DNA from: Candidatus Paceibacter sp.
Lineage (GTDB): Bacteria > Patescibacteriota > Minisyncoccia > UBA6257 > 02-FULL-45-10c
NCBI GenBank assembly: GCA_020724845.1
Contig: DYGE01000001.1
Span: forward strand, 122,664-186,663
Reading direction: 5' to 3'
Length of the DNA stretch: 64,000 bases
Below are positions 37,602 to 46,687 of the stretch, in pieces. How positions within the stretch are numbered: position 1 is the first letter of the stretch; each line of letters begins with the position of its first letter. The notes beneath the pieces are model-generated. The model ran no database searches and was not told where the DNA came from. It saw only the letters and a program-made list of their open reading frames with translations. The position numbers and the translations under genes are program-made.

Positions 37602-38579
37602 TTACTTCAACAGAGGAACAATCGCGTCAAACACCTTTTGCCTGTCAGCTTCACTACGATCCAGCACTATTCGCGTATGAGGAATGTGCTTATGCGTGTC
37701 AGCAAGTATAAAATTCTTCGCATCATCCAGAATGACCTTTTGCTTCGCCGAGTCGACTATCCCGCGCTGCCTCATATTCTTTAGAAGCACCGCTTCGGAT
37801 GCAGGAATCAGATTAATGAAAACAACGTTTATCTCCAGCCGGCATTCGTACAGGGCTTGCGCTCCGCTAGGAGTCATAGCGCAGATCGCGTTCTTAGTTT
37901 TCAGGACTCTTTTTATCTCATCCAGAGAAGAGCCGTAATAATCTCCGTACTTATGCACGCTCTCCAAGAACCGGCAACTCTTCTTCGCCGCCTCAAATTG
38001 CTCCTTGGTAACATGATGATAGTATTTCTTGTCATTTTCGTCGCGCGGACCGCGAGTCGTGAACGTTTTTACTCTAGCAAGCTTGTTCGCGAAATGCTTC
38101 ATAAGCTCTTCTATCCAATGAGTCTTCCCGCCGGCGCGATTGGCGACTAATACGGCCAGGGTATGAGAGCCGCGCAATTCCCGGAAGGGATCCCCTAAAA
38201 CTTTAGACCACTTTTCGTGATTTTCTCCCCAGAGAGGATCAAACTGCGGGAAAACCCTAATCCTCTTTTCCGGATCCCAGTCCAAACGATCCCAAACTTC
38301 TTTATAAACCCCCTCGGAGGCGCCGTAAACGCGAGTCCCGCCGGGAGCTAAGCGCTGTAAACCAAAGGTAAAAAACTGAATGGTATCTTCCCTGCCAACC
38401 GGACCGCCCTCAAAATCCTCGTATGGGCCGGCGGCAAAAGTCTGTATTGGAGCAAATCCGGCTTGCCTAGTATGCTCGGCAAATTCGTGGAAGCGATCTT
38501 GCATAGTTCGCCTAGACGGAGCGGCAATATAAACAATCGCCTCCTTTCCCCGAACCGGCTTCAGCATTTCCGCGACCAT
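37602..38579 (-). CDS. Two-domain protein: an N-terminal Rossmann-like domain (nucleoside deoxyribosyltransferase-like?) fused to a guanylate-kinase-like domain with a degenerate P-loop
   Basis: The C-terminal half carries the guanylate kinase pattern TTRGPR..E..Y..V....F......FLE......YYGS, but the P-loop reads VANRAGGKTH instead of GPSGxGKS/T. The N-terminus contains IVYIAAP. Confidence 0.45.
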   Translation of the reverse strand: MVAEMLKPVRGKEAIVYIAAPSRRTMQDRFHEFAEHTRQAGFAPIQTFAAGPYEDFEGGPVGREDTIQFFTFGLQRLAPGGTRVYGASEGVYKEVWDRLDWDPEKRIRVFPQFDPLWGENHEKWSKVLGDPFRELRGSHTLAVLVANRAGGKTHWIEELMKHFANKLARVKTFTTRGPRDENDKKYYHHVTKEQFEAAKKSCRFLESVHKYGDYYGSSLDEIKRVLKTKNAICAMTPSGAQALYECRLEINVVFINLIPASEAVLLKNMRQRGIVDSAKQKVILDDAKNFILADTHKHIPHTRIVLDRSEADRQKVFDAIVPLLK

Positions 38580-38854
38580 ATTTCCTCCTGTCTACGAGCT
38601 ATTTTTAAAATACACCAACCCCGACAAACTTTCAAATTAAAACCCCGCCCTATCGTTCCCTGCATTGAAACAGGTGGGTGGGCTCATCATTAACGCCACG
38701 GCGCTAAGAAATTTGCCCTCCCTTTATAAACGACTTGTCAGGAAAATGGGCGGGATTCACTATTAAAATAACATATTCCCGAGGCGCAAGCTACCTTGCG
38801 AAGTGCATAACTTTTGGCCTATATTAAAGTAAATTGTTCTTTAAATGAGGCAGA

Positions 38855-39445
38855 ATGATTTTTGGGGCACTGCTTTTGACAGTGGTACTGCCAGTGATAG
38901 GCATCACCGCTTGCGTCGGCATCCATCATTACAAAGAGAATAAACTGCTGGAAATTTTCTTGGTCATTGCCGAGAAATCAATTAACCAAAAAATCAAAGA
39001 TGAGCAGGCGGACAAAGCCATAAACATTCTGCATAACAACAAGAAAATACCCGCGCCGAATCCGATCCAGATAAACATCTACAACCCAGACGGAGCCATA
39101 GTGGCCTTTTATCTCTTTAAGGCCGAAATACGATACCTGCTGGATTGCATAGATAAGCGCCGAAATCAGAGAAAATACCTTTCCTCGCTGTCTCCCAGGG
39201 CTAGAGGTGACGTACTTAAATTCATTGATAACACAAAGAGATTTCTAAAATTCATTGACTTTGATCATATGGATTTTGAACTGCGATCCCTGTTTCTGCA
39301 CAAAACCTATCGCGCAACCGTGCTGATGTGCCGAAAAATCCCGGATGAAAACAATTATCCTGAGCTGGATTTCATCCCGCTTTTTGAAATTGTTGATAAA
39401 AGCCCCACTAGAACCGTACGACTACTGCCTTACTTCCCTACTTAA
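38855..39445 (+). CDS. Hypothetical signal-anchored protein
   Basis: N-terminal TM helix (196 aa). Confidence 0.35.
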   Translation: MIFGALLLTVVLPVIGITACVGIHHYKENKLLEIFLVIAEKSINQKIKDEQADKAINILHNNKKIPAPNPIQINIYNPDGAIVAFYLFKAEIRYLLDCIDKRRNQRKYLSSLSPRARGDVLKFIDNTKRFLKFIDFDHMDFELRSLFLHKTYRATVLMCRKIPDENNYPELDFIPLFEIVDKSPTRTVRLLPYFPT

Positions 39446-39518
39446 TCCCACACATAACTAAGGTTAGCGCCATAGGCGCAAGTTTTAACTGTCTTAGTTG
39501 CGTGTGGGATTTTTGATT
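39446..39518. repeat. Hairpin repeat H5 (cacacataac family, degenerate foot)
   Basis: atcccacacataactaag ... cttagttgcgtgtgggat. It sits between convergent gene ends and overlaps the last codons of the exonuclease gene. Confidence 0.55.
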
Positions 39519-40102
39519 GGCAATTCTTTAATGGATTTATAAACGTCGTAAGCGGCTCTGGCGCCGTTAATAGCGCGGTGCGGCAATGGCTCCGGGTGAA
39601 GTCCTAGAAATTCTGCCAGCCGGCTTAATCGGTATTTTTCCAGCTCATACCCCTTGGCCTCCAAAGCCGCCTTAGCGTGGCTTAAAAGGTCAATCCGATG
39701 ATAATCTAAGGAAGTCTTAATACCAGTCAGCGCATAAGCTATGTCCATGAAGCCCCAGTCCCAGGTGACATTATGCGCGGTGAACACTGCCTCCTTAACT
39801 TTTTCGTTGTACAAGGCCATCGCCTCTTTTAGGCTAAGCGCGTCCTTCCAATCTGCCTCATCATAGCCATTAACTTCTTGAGCGCCGGGATCCATGCGTT
39901 CCGGATGCTCAATCTTAACTTTGACATTGAGTTCGTCCATAACCGTCAGAGTTTTCTGATCAGCCAGTATCAGGCCAATCTCGCAGATTTCGTGCCAGGG
40001 CTGAAAAATTCCGTTTTCGTAACGGAACATTTCCAGGCCGGTCATTTCCAAGTCGGTAAACGCCAGCGGCCTGTCTAAAAAACTCATTTTATCTTCTTGC
40101 AT
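39494..40102 (-). CDS. DEDD-family 3'-5' exonuclease (DnaQ / oligoribonuclease-like)
   Basis: Exo I motif FTDLEMTGLE and the FTAHNVTWDWGF segment (202 aa). Confidence 0.65.
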   Translation of the reverse strand: MQEDKMSFLDRPLAFTDLEMTGLEMFRYENGIFQPWHEICEIGLILADQKTLTVMDELNVKVKIEHPERMDPGAQEVNGYDEADWKDALSLKEAMALYNEKVKEAVFTAHNVTWDWGFMDIAYALTGIKTSLDYHRIDLLSHAKAALEAKGYELEKYRLSRLAEFLGLHPEPLPHRAINGARAAYDVYKSIKELPIKNPTRN

Positions 40103-40105
40103 GTT

Positions 40106-40633
40106 CTATTCGGCTATATCGTCCAGGTTTATATCGTATAATATTTTTTCTCTGACGCTCTTATACTCAACTAACTCATTCTCACTGAACCAAACTTTGG
40201 TTTCCTTTTCCGCGTCTTCCGGACTGGAAGAAGCATGCACCAAATTCCTGACCGCTCTGCCGGCGCCTTCGCTATCCGCCAAATCATATGAATCAATCGT
40301 GAAATCTCCCCTAATGGTTCCGACATCCGATTTTAGCGGTTCCGTCGCGCCCACTAACTTGCGGACTACCGGAATCGCCTTGTTGCCCTCAAGCACCATC
40401 GCCACCACCGGGCTGGCAGAAAGGAAATAAGCCAAATGATCTAAAATATTCTGCGGCAAATTCGGATTTATTTTGTAATGCGTATAGGCCTGCTCTTTGG
40501 TCGGCAGCAAAAACTTCATCGCCACAATCTTCAAGCCGGCGCGCTCAAAACGACCGATTATTTCCCCGACCAAATTTCTCTGCACCGCGTCGGGTTTTAA
40601 TAAAACTAGTGTCCTCTCTTTTGGATTCGCCAT
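40106..40633 (-). CDS. ndk: Nucleoside diphosphate kinase
   Basis: ERTLVLLKPDAVQRNLVGEIIGRFERAGLKIVAMKF matches the NDK signature. Confidence 0.9.
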   Translation of the reverse strand: MANPKERTLVLLKPDAVQRNLVGEIIGRFERAGLKIVAMKFLLPTKEQAYTHYKINPNLPQNILDHLAYFLSASPVVAMVLEGNKAIPVVRKLVGATEPLKSDVGTIRGDFTIDSYDLADSEGAGRAVRNLVHASSSPEDAEKETKVWFSENELVEYKSVREKILYDINLDDIAE

Positions 40634-40648
40634 AAATTAAAATTTTCT

Positions 40649-41386
40649 TTAGGTAATAATAGTACCAATAAATTTATTGTTTTTAAAGTACTTATCCAAA
40701 TTATCTAGATCATTGCCTTTTAGAAGTGCCACTTTCAAGCCAAGCTTTTCCGCTTTCTTTGAGGCAATCGGGTCAAATGGCACGTTCATCCCCGGCCGCC
40801 ATTCCTGGTCAACAAATTGCCTAAGTTCTTTCCAGGTTATCTTATCAATCGGCTTCGCATCCGGAAATTGCTTCGGATCCTTATCATAAAGCCGATCTAT
40901 GTTGGATAAATTCATGACAGTATTAATTTTATATTTCTCGCATAAAAGCACGGCGTCATAATCGGTAGACCACCCCGGCTTCCAGCCGGCGCCGATCACC
41001 ACAGGAGCTTTTGCTTCTTTGAGATTCTCATAGTCCTTAATGATCGCTGGATCGGCTAAATCCCGAAAAATCGTCCTGATTAAATGCGCGTTAAGTCTGG
41101 TAGTATGGATACCCAGCCAGTCCAGATCTTCCGAAGTCAACATCGGGCCCAAAACCTCCTTGCTAACATCCCGGTATTGCCTAGCGACTTTGCCGCCTCC
41201 GGTAATAATAAAAAACTGATAACTATTGTTATCAGCCAATTTTTTACGGATAAATTTATTGAATTCGGAGAGAAATTCGGTATCAAGGCCTTGATCAGTA
41301 AAAATCAAACTGCCCCCTAAAGAAATTACTACTCTATCTTTCTGGTTATTTTTATCCATTGTTTTTTTCAGTTTCTTCTTTGGCAA
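40649..41386 (-). CDS. pyrH: Amino-acid-kinase-family enzyme, probably UMP kinase (archaeal type)
   Basis: VVISLGGSLIF and ITGGGKVARQY are AAK-fold motifs, and the gene is next to ndk. Confidence 0.5.
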   Translation of the reverse strand: MPKKKLKKTMDKNNQKDRVVISLGGSLIFTDQGLDTEFLSEFNKFIRKKLADNNSYQFFIITGGGKVARQYRDVSKEVLGPMLTSEDLDWLGIHTTRLNAHLIRTIFRDLADPAIIKDYENLKEAKAPVVIGAGWKPGWSTDYDAVLLCEKYKINTVMNLSNIDRLYDKDPKQFPDAKPIDKITWKELRQFVDQEWRPGMNVPFDPIASKKAEKLGLKVALLKGNDLDNLDKYFKNNKFIGTIIT

Positions 41387-42782
41387 TTTTTATTCCCAGC
41401 TCTTTAAGCTGCTCTTTACTGACATCGCTCGGAGCGCCCATCAGCAGATCCCGGCCGTCGCCGGTTTTTGGAAACGCGATCACCTCCCGGATATTCGGTT
41501 CGTTTTGAAGAATCATTACTATTCTGTCCAATCCCGGAGCAATGCCGCCGTGCGGAGGAACGCCATAAGTAAACGCTTTTAATAAATGCCCAAATTTTTC
41601 CCGCACGTCTTCCGGCTTGTTGCCCATAGCCTCGAAAACTGCCGCTAACAATTCCGGGTCGTGTATTCTGATGGAGCCGCCGCCTACTTCATAGCCGTTC
41701 AAAACAAAGTCGTATTGATCAGCCATAATTTCTCCAGGATTTTTCTCGAATACCGCTCGAAATTCCGCAGCATCCTTCACTTTTGGTTTGGTAAATGGAT
41801 GGTGCACAGCATCCCACCTCTTTTCAGTTTCTTTCCATTCAAATGCAGGAAAATCCACGACAAAAAGAAACGCTAATTCGTCAGGGTCATTTTTGTCGCC
41901 CCTGACATCCGGCTTGTCGGTATTGTATTTCTCCATTACCTCTTTGTAAGGCACCCTGGGAATCCTACCATTCGCATCCAGTTTCAGCTTCTTGTTGGGA
42001 TACAATTTTCTGACCATCCCTAAAAATAATTCTTCGGTCAAATTCAAAATATCATCTTCAGTAACAAAACTCATCTCAATATCCAATTGGGTAAACTCCG
42101 GCTGGCGGTCGCCGCGGGTATCTTCATCGCGGAAACATCGAGGAAATTGAAAATACCGTTCCAAGCCAGCTACCATCAGCAACTGCTTGTATTGCTGAGG
42201 CGACTGCGGCAAAGCATAGAATTTTCCATGATGCAGGCGGGAGGGAACCAAATAGTCCCGGGCGCCCTCTGGGGTGGATTTTCCAAGAACAGGAGTTTCT
42301 ACTTCCACAAAATCCTTTTCCGTCAAAAAGTCCCTTACGTATTTAGTAATTCTATGGCGGGCCTTAAGGTTGTTTTTAAGCCGGGAACGGCGAAGGTCCA
42401 AATAACGATATTCCATCCTATGATCTTCGCCTATTTCGTAGCCATCGCCGGAAACGTCAATCGGCGGAGTTTCGGCCTGGTTCAGAACCTCTAATCCTTC
42501 GGCCAAAACTTCGTACTCGCCGGTAGCCAAATCTTTATTGACTAAATTTTCCGGCCGCTTGTTTATCTGGCCGGTAATTTTTACCACCCACTCCTGCCTT
42601 AGGGTGCTCGCAATCTCATACAATTCCTTCGGCTTGCTCAAAAAAACTACCTGGCACTTGCCGCTCCTGTCTCGAAGATCAATAAAAATTATTTTACCGT
42701 GATCGCGCCGGACATCCACCCAGCCTTTCAGTTCAACTTTCTCGCCTTCTTTTTTTGTAATGTCGTTTATAAGGGTTCTCAT
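41352..42782 (-). CDS. aspS: Aspartyl-tRNA synthetase (type 2 / archaeal-like; could be AsnRS)
   Basis: N-terminal OB domain (VELKGWVDVRRDHGKIIFIDLRD), class II motif 2 FRDEDTRGDRQPEFTQLDIEMSF, motif 3 GGIAPGLDR; 476 aa. Confidence 0.7.
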   Translation of the reverse strand: MRTLINDITKKEGEKVELKGWVDVRRDHGKIIFIDLRDRSGKCQVVFLSKPKELYEIASTLRQEWVVKITGQINKRPENLVNKDLATGEYEVLAEGLEVLNQAETPPIDVSGDGYEIGEDHRMEYRYLDLRRSRLKNNLKARHRITKYVRDFLTEKDFVEVETPVLGKSTPEGARDYLVPSRLHHGKFYALPQSPQQYKQLLMVAGLERYFQFPRCFRDEDTRGDRQPEFTQLDIEMSFVTEDDILNLTEELFLGMVRKLYPNKKLKLDANGRIPRVPYKEVMEKYNTDKPDVRGDKNDPDELAFLFVVDFPAFEWKETEKRWDAVHHPFTKPKVKDAAEFRAVFEKNPGEIMADQYDFVLNGYEVGGGSIRIHDPELLAAVFEAMGNKPEDVREKFGHLLKAFTYGVPPHGGIAPGLDRIVMILQNEPNIREVIAFPKTGDGRDLLMGAPSDVSKEQLKELGIKIAKEETEKNNG

Positions 42783-42849
42783 TTGTTTTTATTTTGATTA
42801 TCAGTCAATAACAAATATAACCTAATTTTTGAAAAAGAAAAAGGCGCCT

Positions 42850-43107
42850 TTACAAGGCGCCGAAAGACCGTTGGTCTTTCTTCTTAAGGTTCAAACGGGA
42901 TTCCAGCGTATCCCCTACAACCGCGAAAATCCAGACAAAAGCCAGCAATCCGATCCCAATCAAGGCTAGATCGCTGATTCCCTTCATCTTCGCCCAGAGA
43001 ATAAGCGCTCCGATCGGAGCAGACAAAACGGATCCGTACCGAATGCTCTGCTTCTGAATCATCAGCCGCATACCAGGCCTCCTTTGCGATTTTTTATAAT
43101 ATAACAT
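42850..43107 (-). CDS. Small membrane protein
   Basis: An 85 aa ORF with one or two TM helices. Confidence 0.3.
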   Translation of the reverse strand: MLYYKKSQRRPGMRLMIQKQSIRYGSVLSAPIGALILWAKMKGISDLALIGIGLLAFVWIFAVVGDTLESRLNLKKKDQRSFGAL

Positions 43108-43178
43108 ATTTCTCTCTATTTTGTCAAATTAAAAAGGCCCTGCCGCCAGTTTGTAACTGACAGCAGGGCTTTGGGAGA

Positions 43179-43490
43179 TCACGCGGGAATCTTCTTCTCC
43201 ATAATCTCCCGAGCTAGCTCTGATTCGCTGTTTCCGCATCGGTAGCAATGAATCATCGCGGCTCGGCCGCTCTTGCCCGACTTAGCGTATGTCAGGCAAC
43301 TGCCGCACTTCCGGCATCTGGGCGTCATAGCCCAGTTCAGGAAGAACATCAGTACGATCAGCCCTAATCCAGCGATCACTCCCACGCAAAGAGTAATCAC
43401 GAAGGCCTGCAGAATCGCGCTCATCATTTCCTCCCCCAGCCATATTTTATAGACTATAGCATTGTAACACACATTATTCCAAATTGTCAA
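43179..43490 (-). CDS. Membrane protein with a C-terminal CxxC...CxxC zinc ribbon
   Basis: CRKCGSC...CYRCG; GC-rich coding region. Confidence 0.35.
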   Translation of the reverse strand: MTIWNNVCYNAIVYKIWLGEEMMSAILQAFVITLCVGVIAGLGLIVLMFFLNWAMTPRCRKCGSCLTYAKSGKSGRAAMIHCYRCGNSESELAREIMEKKIPA

Positions 43491-43542
43491 ATCAAAAAAT
43501 AAGGCCCACCTTGCGGTGAGCCTTTGTGATAAAAGTCAATTA

Positions 43543-44208
43543 CTACTTAGTAACCTGAAGCGGGTCCATCGTGCCGGTCTCGTAAGCCTCGCGCGTGCTC
43601 TTAGTAAGCACGATCAGATACATCTGCTCGCGAGCCTCCGTGCCGCGCAGGACCTTGGTTCCAATCCTGGCCTCCAATCCCTGGCTGGGGAAACCCAGCC
43701 AACCCACGACCCGGCTCCGAACCAACCCCTTCTCGCGCCACACGTCATAGCCGCGAAGCTGATCCAGAAGCTTGGTCTGCTTGTTCTTATACGCCTCCCG
43801 AAGAGAGGCGACCAAGCTGCCAACACGGTCGTAGATGTCCAGGCCTTTCAGATCTGGATAGGCCTCCATGATCGCCGAAAAGAACGGCGTTCCTTGGCCA
43901 TATCCCATCTTTCCGTTCTCCCCTTCGTAGCGGCCTTTCACCGCGTCCGAGAGAATCTGGTCGAACTTCTCCGACTTCAGATTGGCAATGCCGATCTGCT
44001 CGTGGAAGTTCGAGATCAGGTTGGAGAGCTCGTTCTGGTTGTCCGAGTACTGCGCGTTCAGCTGCTTCTCGCGGGCGATTCCTTCGTTACGAACGCCGTC
44101 CACATAGAAGAAGAGCACCGCGCCCGCGGCCAAAAGGACCGCGAGCAGGCCGCCGAGCGCCACCAGACCGACTACCAGCGCGCTGCCACTGTCTTTCCCG
44201 TTCTTCAT
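43543..44208 (-). CDS. lemA: LemA family protein
   Basis: N-terminal TM helix plus a LemA-like helical domain (GIAREKQLNAQYSDNQNELSNLIS...). The coding GC is about 60%, an outlier for this window. Confidence 0.75.
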   Translation of the reverse strand: MKNGKDSGSALVVGLVALGGLLAVLLAAGAVLFFYVDGVRNEGIAREKQLNAQYSDNQNELSNLISNFHEQIGIANLKSEKFDQILSDAVKGRYEGENGKMGYGQGTPFFSAIMEAYPDLKGLDIYDRVGSLVASLREAYKNKQTKLLDQLRGYDVWREKGLVRSRVVGWLGFPSQGLEARIGTKVLRGTEAREQMYLIVLTKSTREAYETGTMDPLQVTK

Positions 44209-44282
44209 GATTTTTCTCCTCTTTGCTCCAGCATCTGCCGGAGCGGTTCTTGTCCCGACTCAACATCGGGACAGCCCAGCGA

Positions 44283-45767
44283 TCAGCGATAAGTTCTTCG
44301 CCACCGCGGGGCGTACGGCCACGCTCTTTCCCCTACTAGAATCGCCGCAATCCATGCCAGCATAGAAGCCAAGAAGGCCCCGATAGCAATCCAGATTTTC
44401 TGCTTCCTCGTAAGCTCTATTTCACTCTTAAGGTATTCAAACCCGCGCATGCGCACCCTTTGAAACTTGCTACTCGGATCATCCAGGCCCCAAAAGATGC
44501 GGTTAAGCATGCCTTTGCCATGGACCAGCTCCGCAGTCTGGTGCCGCAGATTGTTCTCGCTCATCCGAAAGACGAATTTCCCCTGAATCTTTCCGATCAA
44601 CGATTCCGGAGTCAAAGGGCTGCCTGACAGAGATTCCCTTATGGTAGCCGTCATATGCTCATTGCCAAGGGGCATGCCGGTAATGGCTCTCGCCCAACTC
44701 ACCGAATTGCCGTCACTGGTACCCACCAGAACAATAATGCTGTTCTTGCTGATAGCGTTCTTTTGAAAAAACTTCGGATTCTGCCAGTAGGCCTTAAGCG
44801 CCAACAGGTACTCGTCCGGATTGGCGGACACTTCGTCGTTTTTCACAATGACTAAGTGCAAGTCGCCTTCCAGTTCGGTGCCGATACCGGCGTTCAAATA
44901 AGACAAACTCTTCTGCCAGCCGTAATCATTGCCGGGGTTAAATCCAACGAAATACGCCTTACGCGCGTGATAAAAATCATGCACATCAGTCGTAAGCGCC
45001 GGAAGCAACCCTTTGGCTAGATACTTCTCAATCGCGCCGGAATGCTGCTGCAAGATGGTTCTCTCGCTTGCCAAAATGAAGTTGTCGTATCTGGCCCGCG
45101 TGGTAACCGGCCCCGGTTCTCCGGAACTGACTCTCTCCTGGACTCTCTCCCAGAAAGGCGGGATGCCTGTACCAGCCCTGCTAATCACATAATCCGGAAC
45201 ATTGACCCCAGTCCGCCAGCGATGAGCCTGCGGGTTATCCGGGAGACGATGCTCGCTGATCGTGTAATCACCGAGCGTCGTTTGAACTGTGTAAGTCGTC
45301 TCCTGATCAACATAAGGACAGCTATGATACCGCTTCTCTCTGCGCGTGCAAGTCTTATGAACCCGACGCCTATTCTCCCCGCTACCGGTATAGTAGCTAC
45401 AGTCGTAGCTTACAGTAACCCAGTACGGATCGCAGTCGTATTCGTAACGGCAAGGGCCGTCGCGAGTACAGCGGTAAACCTTGGTCAAGGCCTTCAGCTC
45501 CCAACCATTCCGGTATTCATAGAACCCGAGGTTGTTCGCTTGCGCCATTTTCCAGCCCCCGTAGAGGCTCAACGGAACGAGAAGGACGCTAATAGCGGCT
45601 AAGCCAATGGCGTACTCCGTCCAGGTGATCTCCTTATCGCTATTGGAAGAGTCCAAAGCGAACTTAACCAACAAACCTGCGATAGCAGCGGCAATGACCG
45701 CTAAGATCGCTAGAGCAAACATCGGCATGCCATACACCTCCCCTATAGGATTTTTCAGGTGCTGCAA
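44283..45767 (-). CDS. LemA-associated membrane protein (N- and C-terminal TM; DUF2207/TPM-like?)
   Basis: A 494 aa protein with TM helices at both ends, adjacent to lemA, with elevated GC. Confidence 0.4.
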   Translation of the reverse strand: MQHLKNPIGEVYGMPMFALAILAVIAAAIAGLLVKFALDSSNSDKEITWTEYAIGLAAISVLLVPLSLYGGWKMAQANNLGFYEYRNGWELKALTKVYRCTRDGPCRYEYDCDPYWVTVSYDCSYYTGSGENRRRVHKTCTRREKRYHSCPYVDQETTYTVQTTLGDYTISEHRLPDNPQAHRWRTGVNVPDYVISRAGTGIPPFWERVQERVSSGEPGPVTTRARYDNFILASERTILQQHSGAIEKYLAKGLLPALTTDVHDFYHARKAYFVGFNPGNDYGWQKSLSYLNAGIGTELEGDLHLVIVKNDEVSANPDEYLLALKAYWQNPKFFQKNAISKNSIIVLVGTSDGNSVSWARAITGMPLGNEHMTATIRESLSGSPLTPESLIGKIQGKFVFRMSENNLRHQTAELVHGKGMLNRIFWGLDDPSSKFQRVRMRGFEYLKSEIELTRKQKIWIAIGAFLASMLAWIAAILVGERAWPYAPRWRRTYR

Positions 45768-45811
45768 ACTGACGATATTATAGCTTAAATTTAATATAAT
45801 GTCAAATTATT

Positions 45812-46687
45812 TTACTCTCCGGAAAAGACCCGTATTTTGCCGTCATTCGCTGTAATTTTCACTAGTCCGTTCAGGTCAGTCCTGTAAATCTGCGAGCCGA
45901 AACTGGCTAACCTAGCCAACGTCTGGCCGGTAGGATGGCCGTAACTATTCTTCCCTACCTCAATCACGGATATCAGCGGAGTAACCGAGCTTAGAAACTT
46001 CCAATCGGAGGAATATTTTGAGCCGTGATGGCTGACTTTCAAAATATCCGCGTCCACATCGTACTTATCAGCGATCCGCCTTTCGGTTTCATCGCTAATA
46101 TCCCCGGTAAACAAAACTTTAGCCCCTTCGCTCTCAAGCAGCGCGACCAAGCTTAAATCATTAACATCCCTGGCCCATCCGTTTTTCTCGGGTGATAAGA
46201 TGCTAATTTGAGAATCCAGATATTTTATCCTGTCTCCGGAAAAGAGAGTTATCCTCGCTACCTCTTTTTCTCTGATAACCAGTTCCAATTCCTGCCAAGC
46301 GGAGCTCTGGCTAGTTTGCCCGCCCAGCAATACCGCGCCTACTTTATAATCCTTTACAAGCTCAACGAAACCGCCGAAATGATCCAACTGCGGATGAGAA
46401 ATCATCACTAAATCTATATAACGGTCATTAACGGGCAGAATATTTTCCAGATTGGCCTGCAGCTTGCCATTCGGTTGCCCGCCGTCAATTAAAAGCTTCG
46501 GCCCGCCGGGCATAATGATCAACGAACTGTCCCCTTGCCCGACGTCTAAAAAATACAGCTCTAAATCTTGGGAGTCTGCCGGAAAAATAATTAAAAACCA
46601 AACCAGCGCGTCCAACGCTACCAGCGAGGCAACGACAATCTTGAGATGCTTGATATTATCTTCTCCTTTCATAAAATAAAAATCCAA
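45812..46687 (-). CDS. comEC: ComEC C-terminal metallo-beta-lactamase domain as a separate ORF
   Basis: LDVGQGDSSLI...DGG is the MBL fold typical of the ComEC/Rec2 C-terminus. It overlaps the upstream ORF by 32 nt. Confidence 0.7.
   Translation of the reverse strand: MDFYFMKGEDNIKHLKIVVASLVALDALVWFLIIFPADSQDLELYFLDVGQGDSSLIIMPGGPKLLIDGGQPNGKLQANLENILPVNDRYIDLVMISHPQLDHFGGFVELVKDYKVGAVLLGGQTSQSSAWQELELVIREKEVARITLFSGDRIKYLDSQISILSPEKNGWARDVNDLSLVALLESEGAKVLFTGDISDETERRIADKYDVDADILKVSHHGSKYSSDWKFLSSVTPLISVIEVGKNSYGHPTGQTLARLASFGSQIYRTDLNGLVKITANDGKIRVFSGE

Noticed and set aside
43516-44292. A 258 aa plus-strand ORF antisense to lemA
   Set aside because: It lies entirely within the GC-rich lemA coding region, where stop codons are rare in all frames. 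The Arg/Leu/Ala-rich composition is typical of an antisense artefact, and lemA itself has clear family features.
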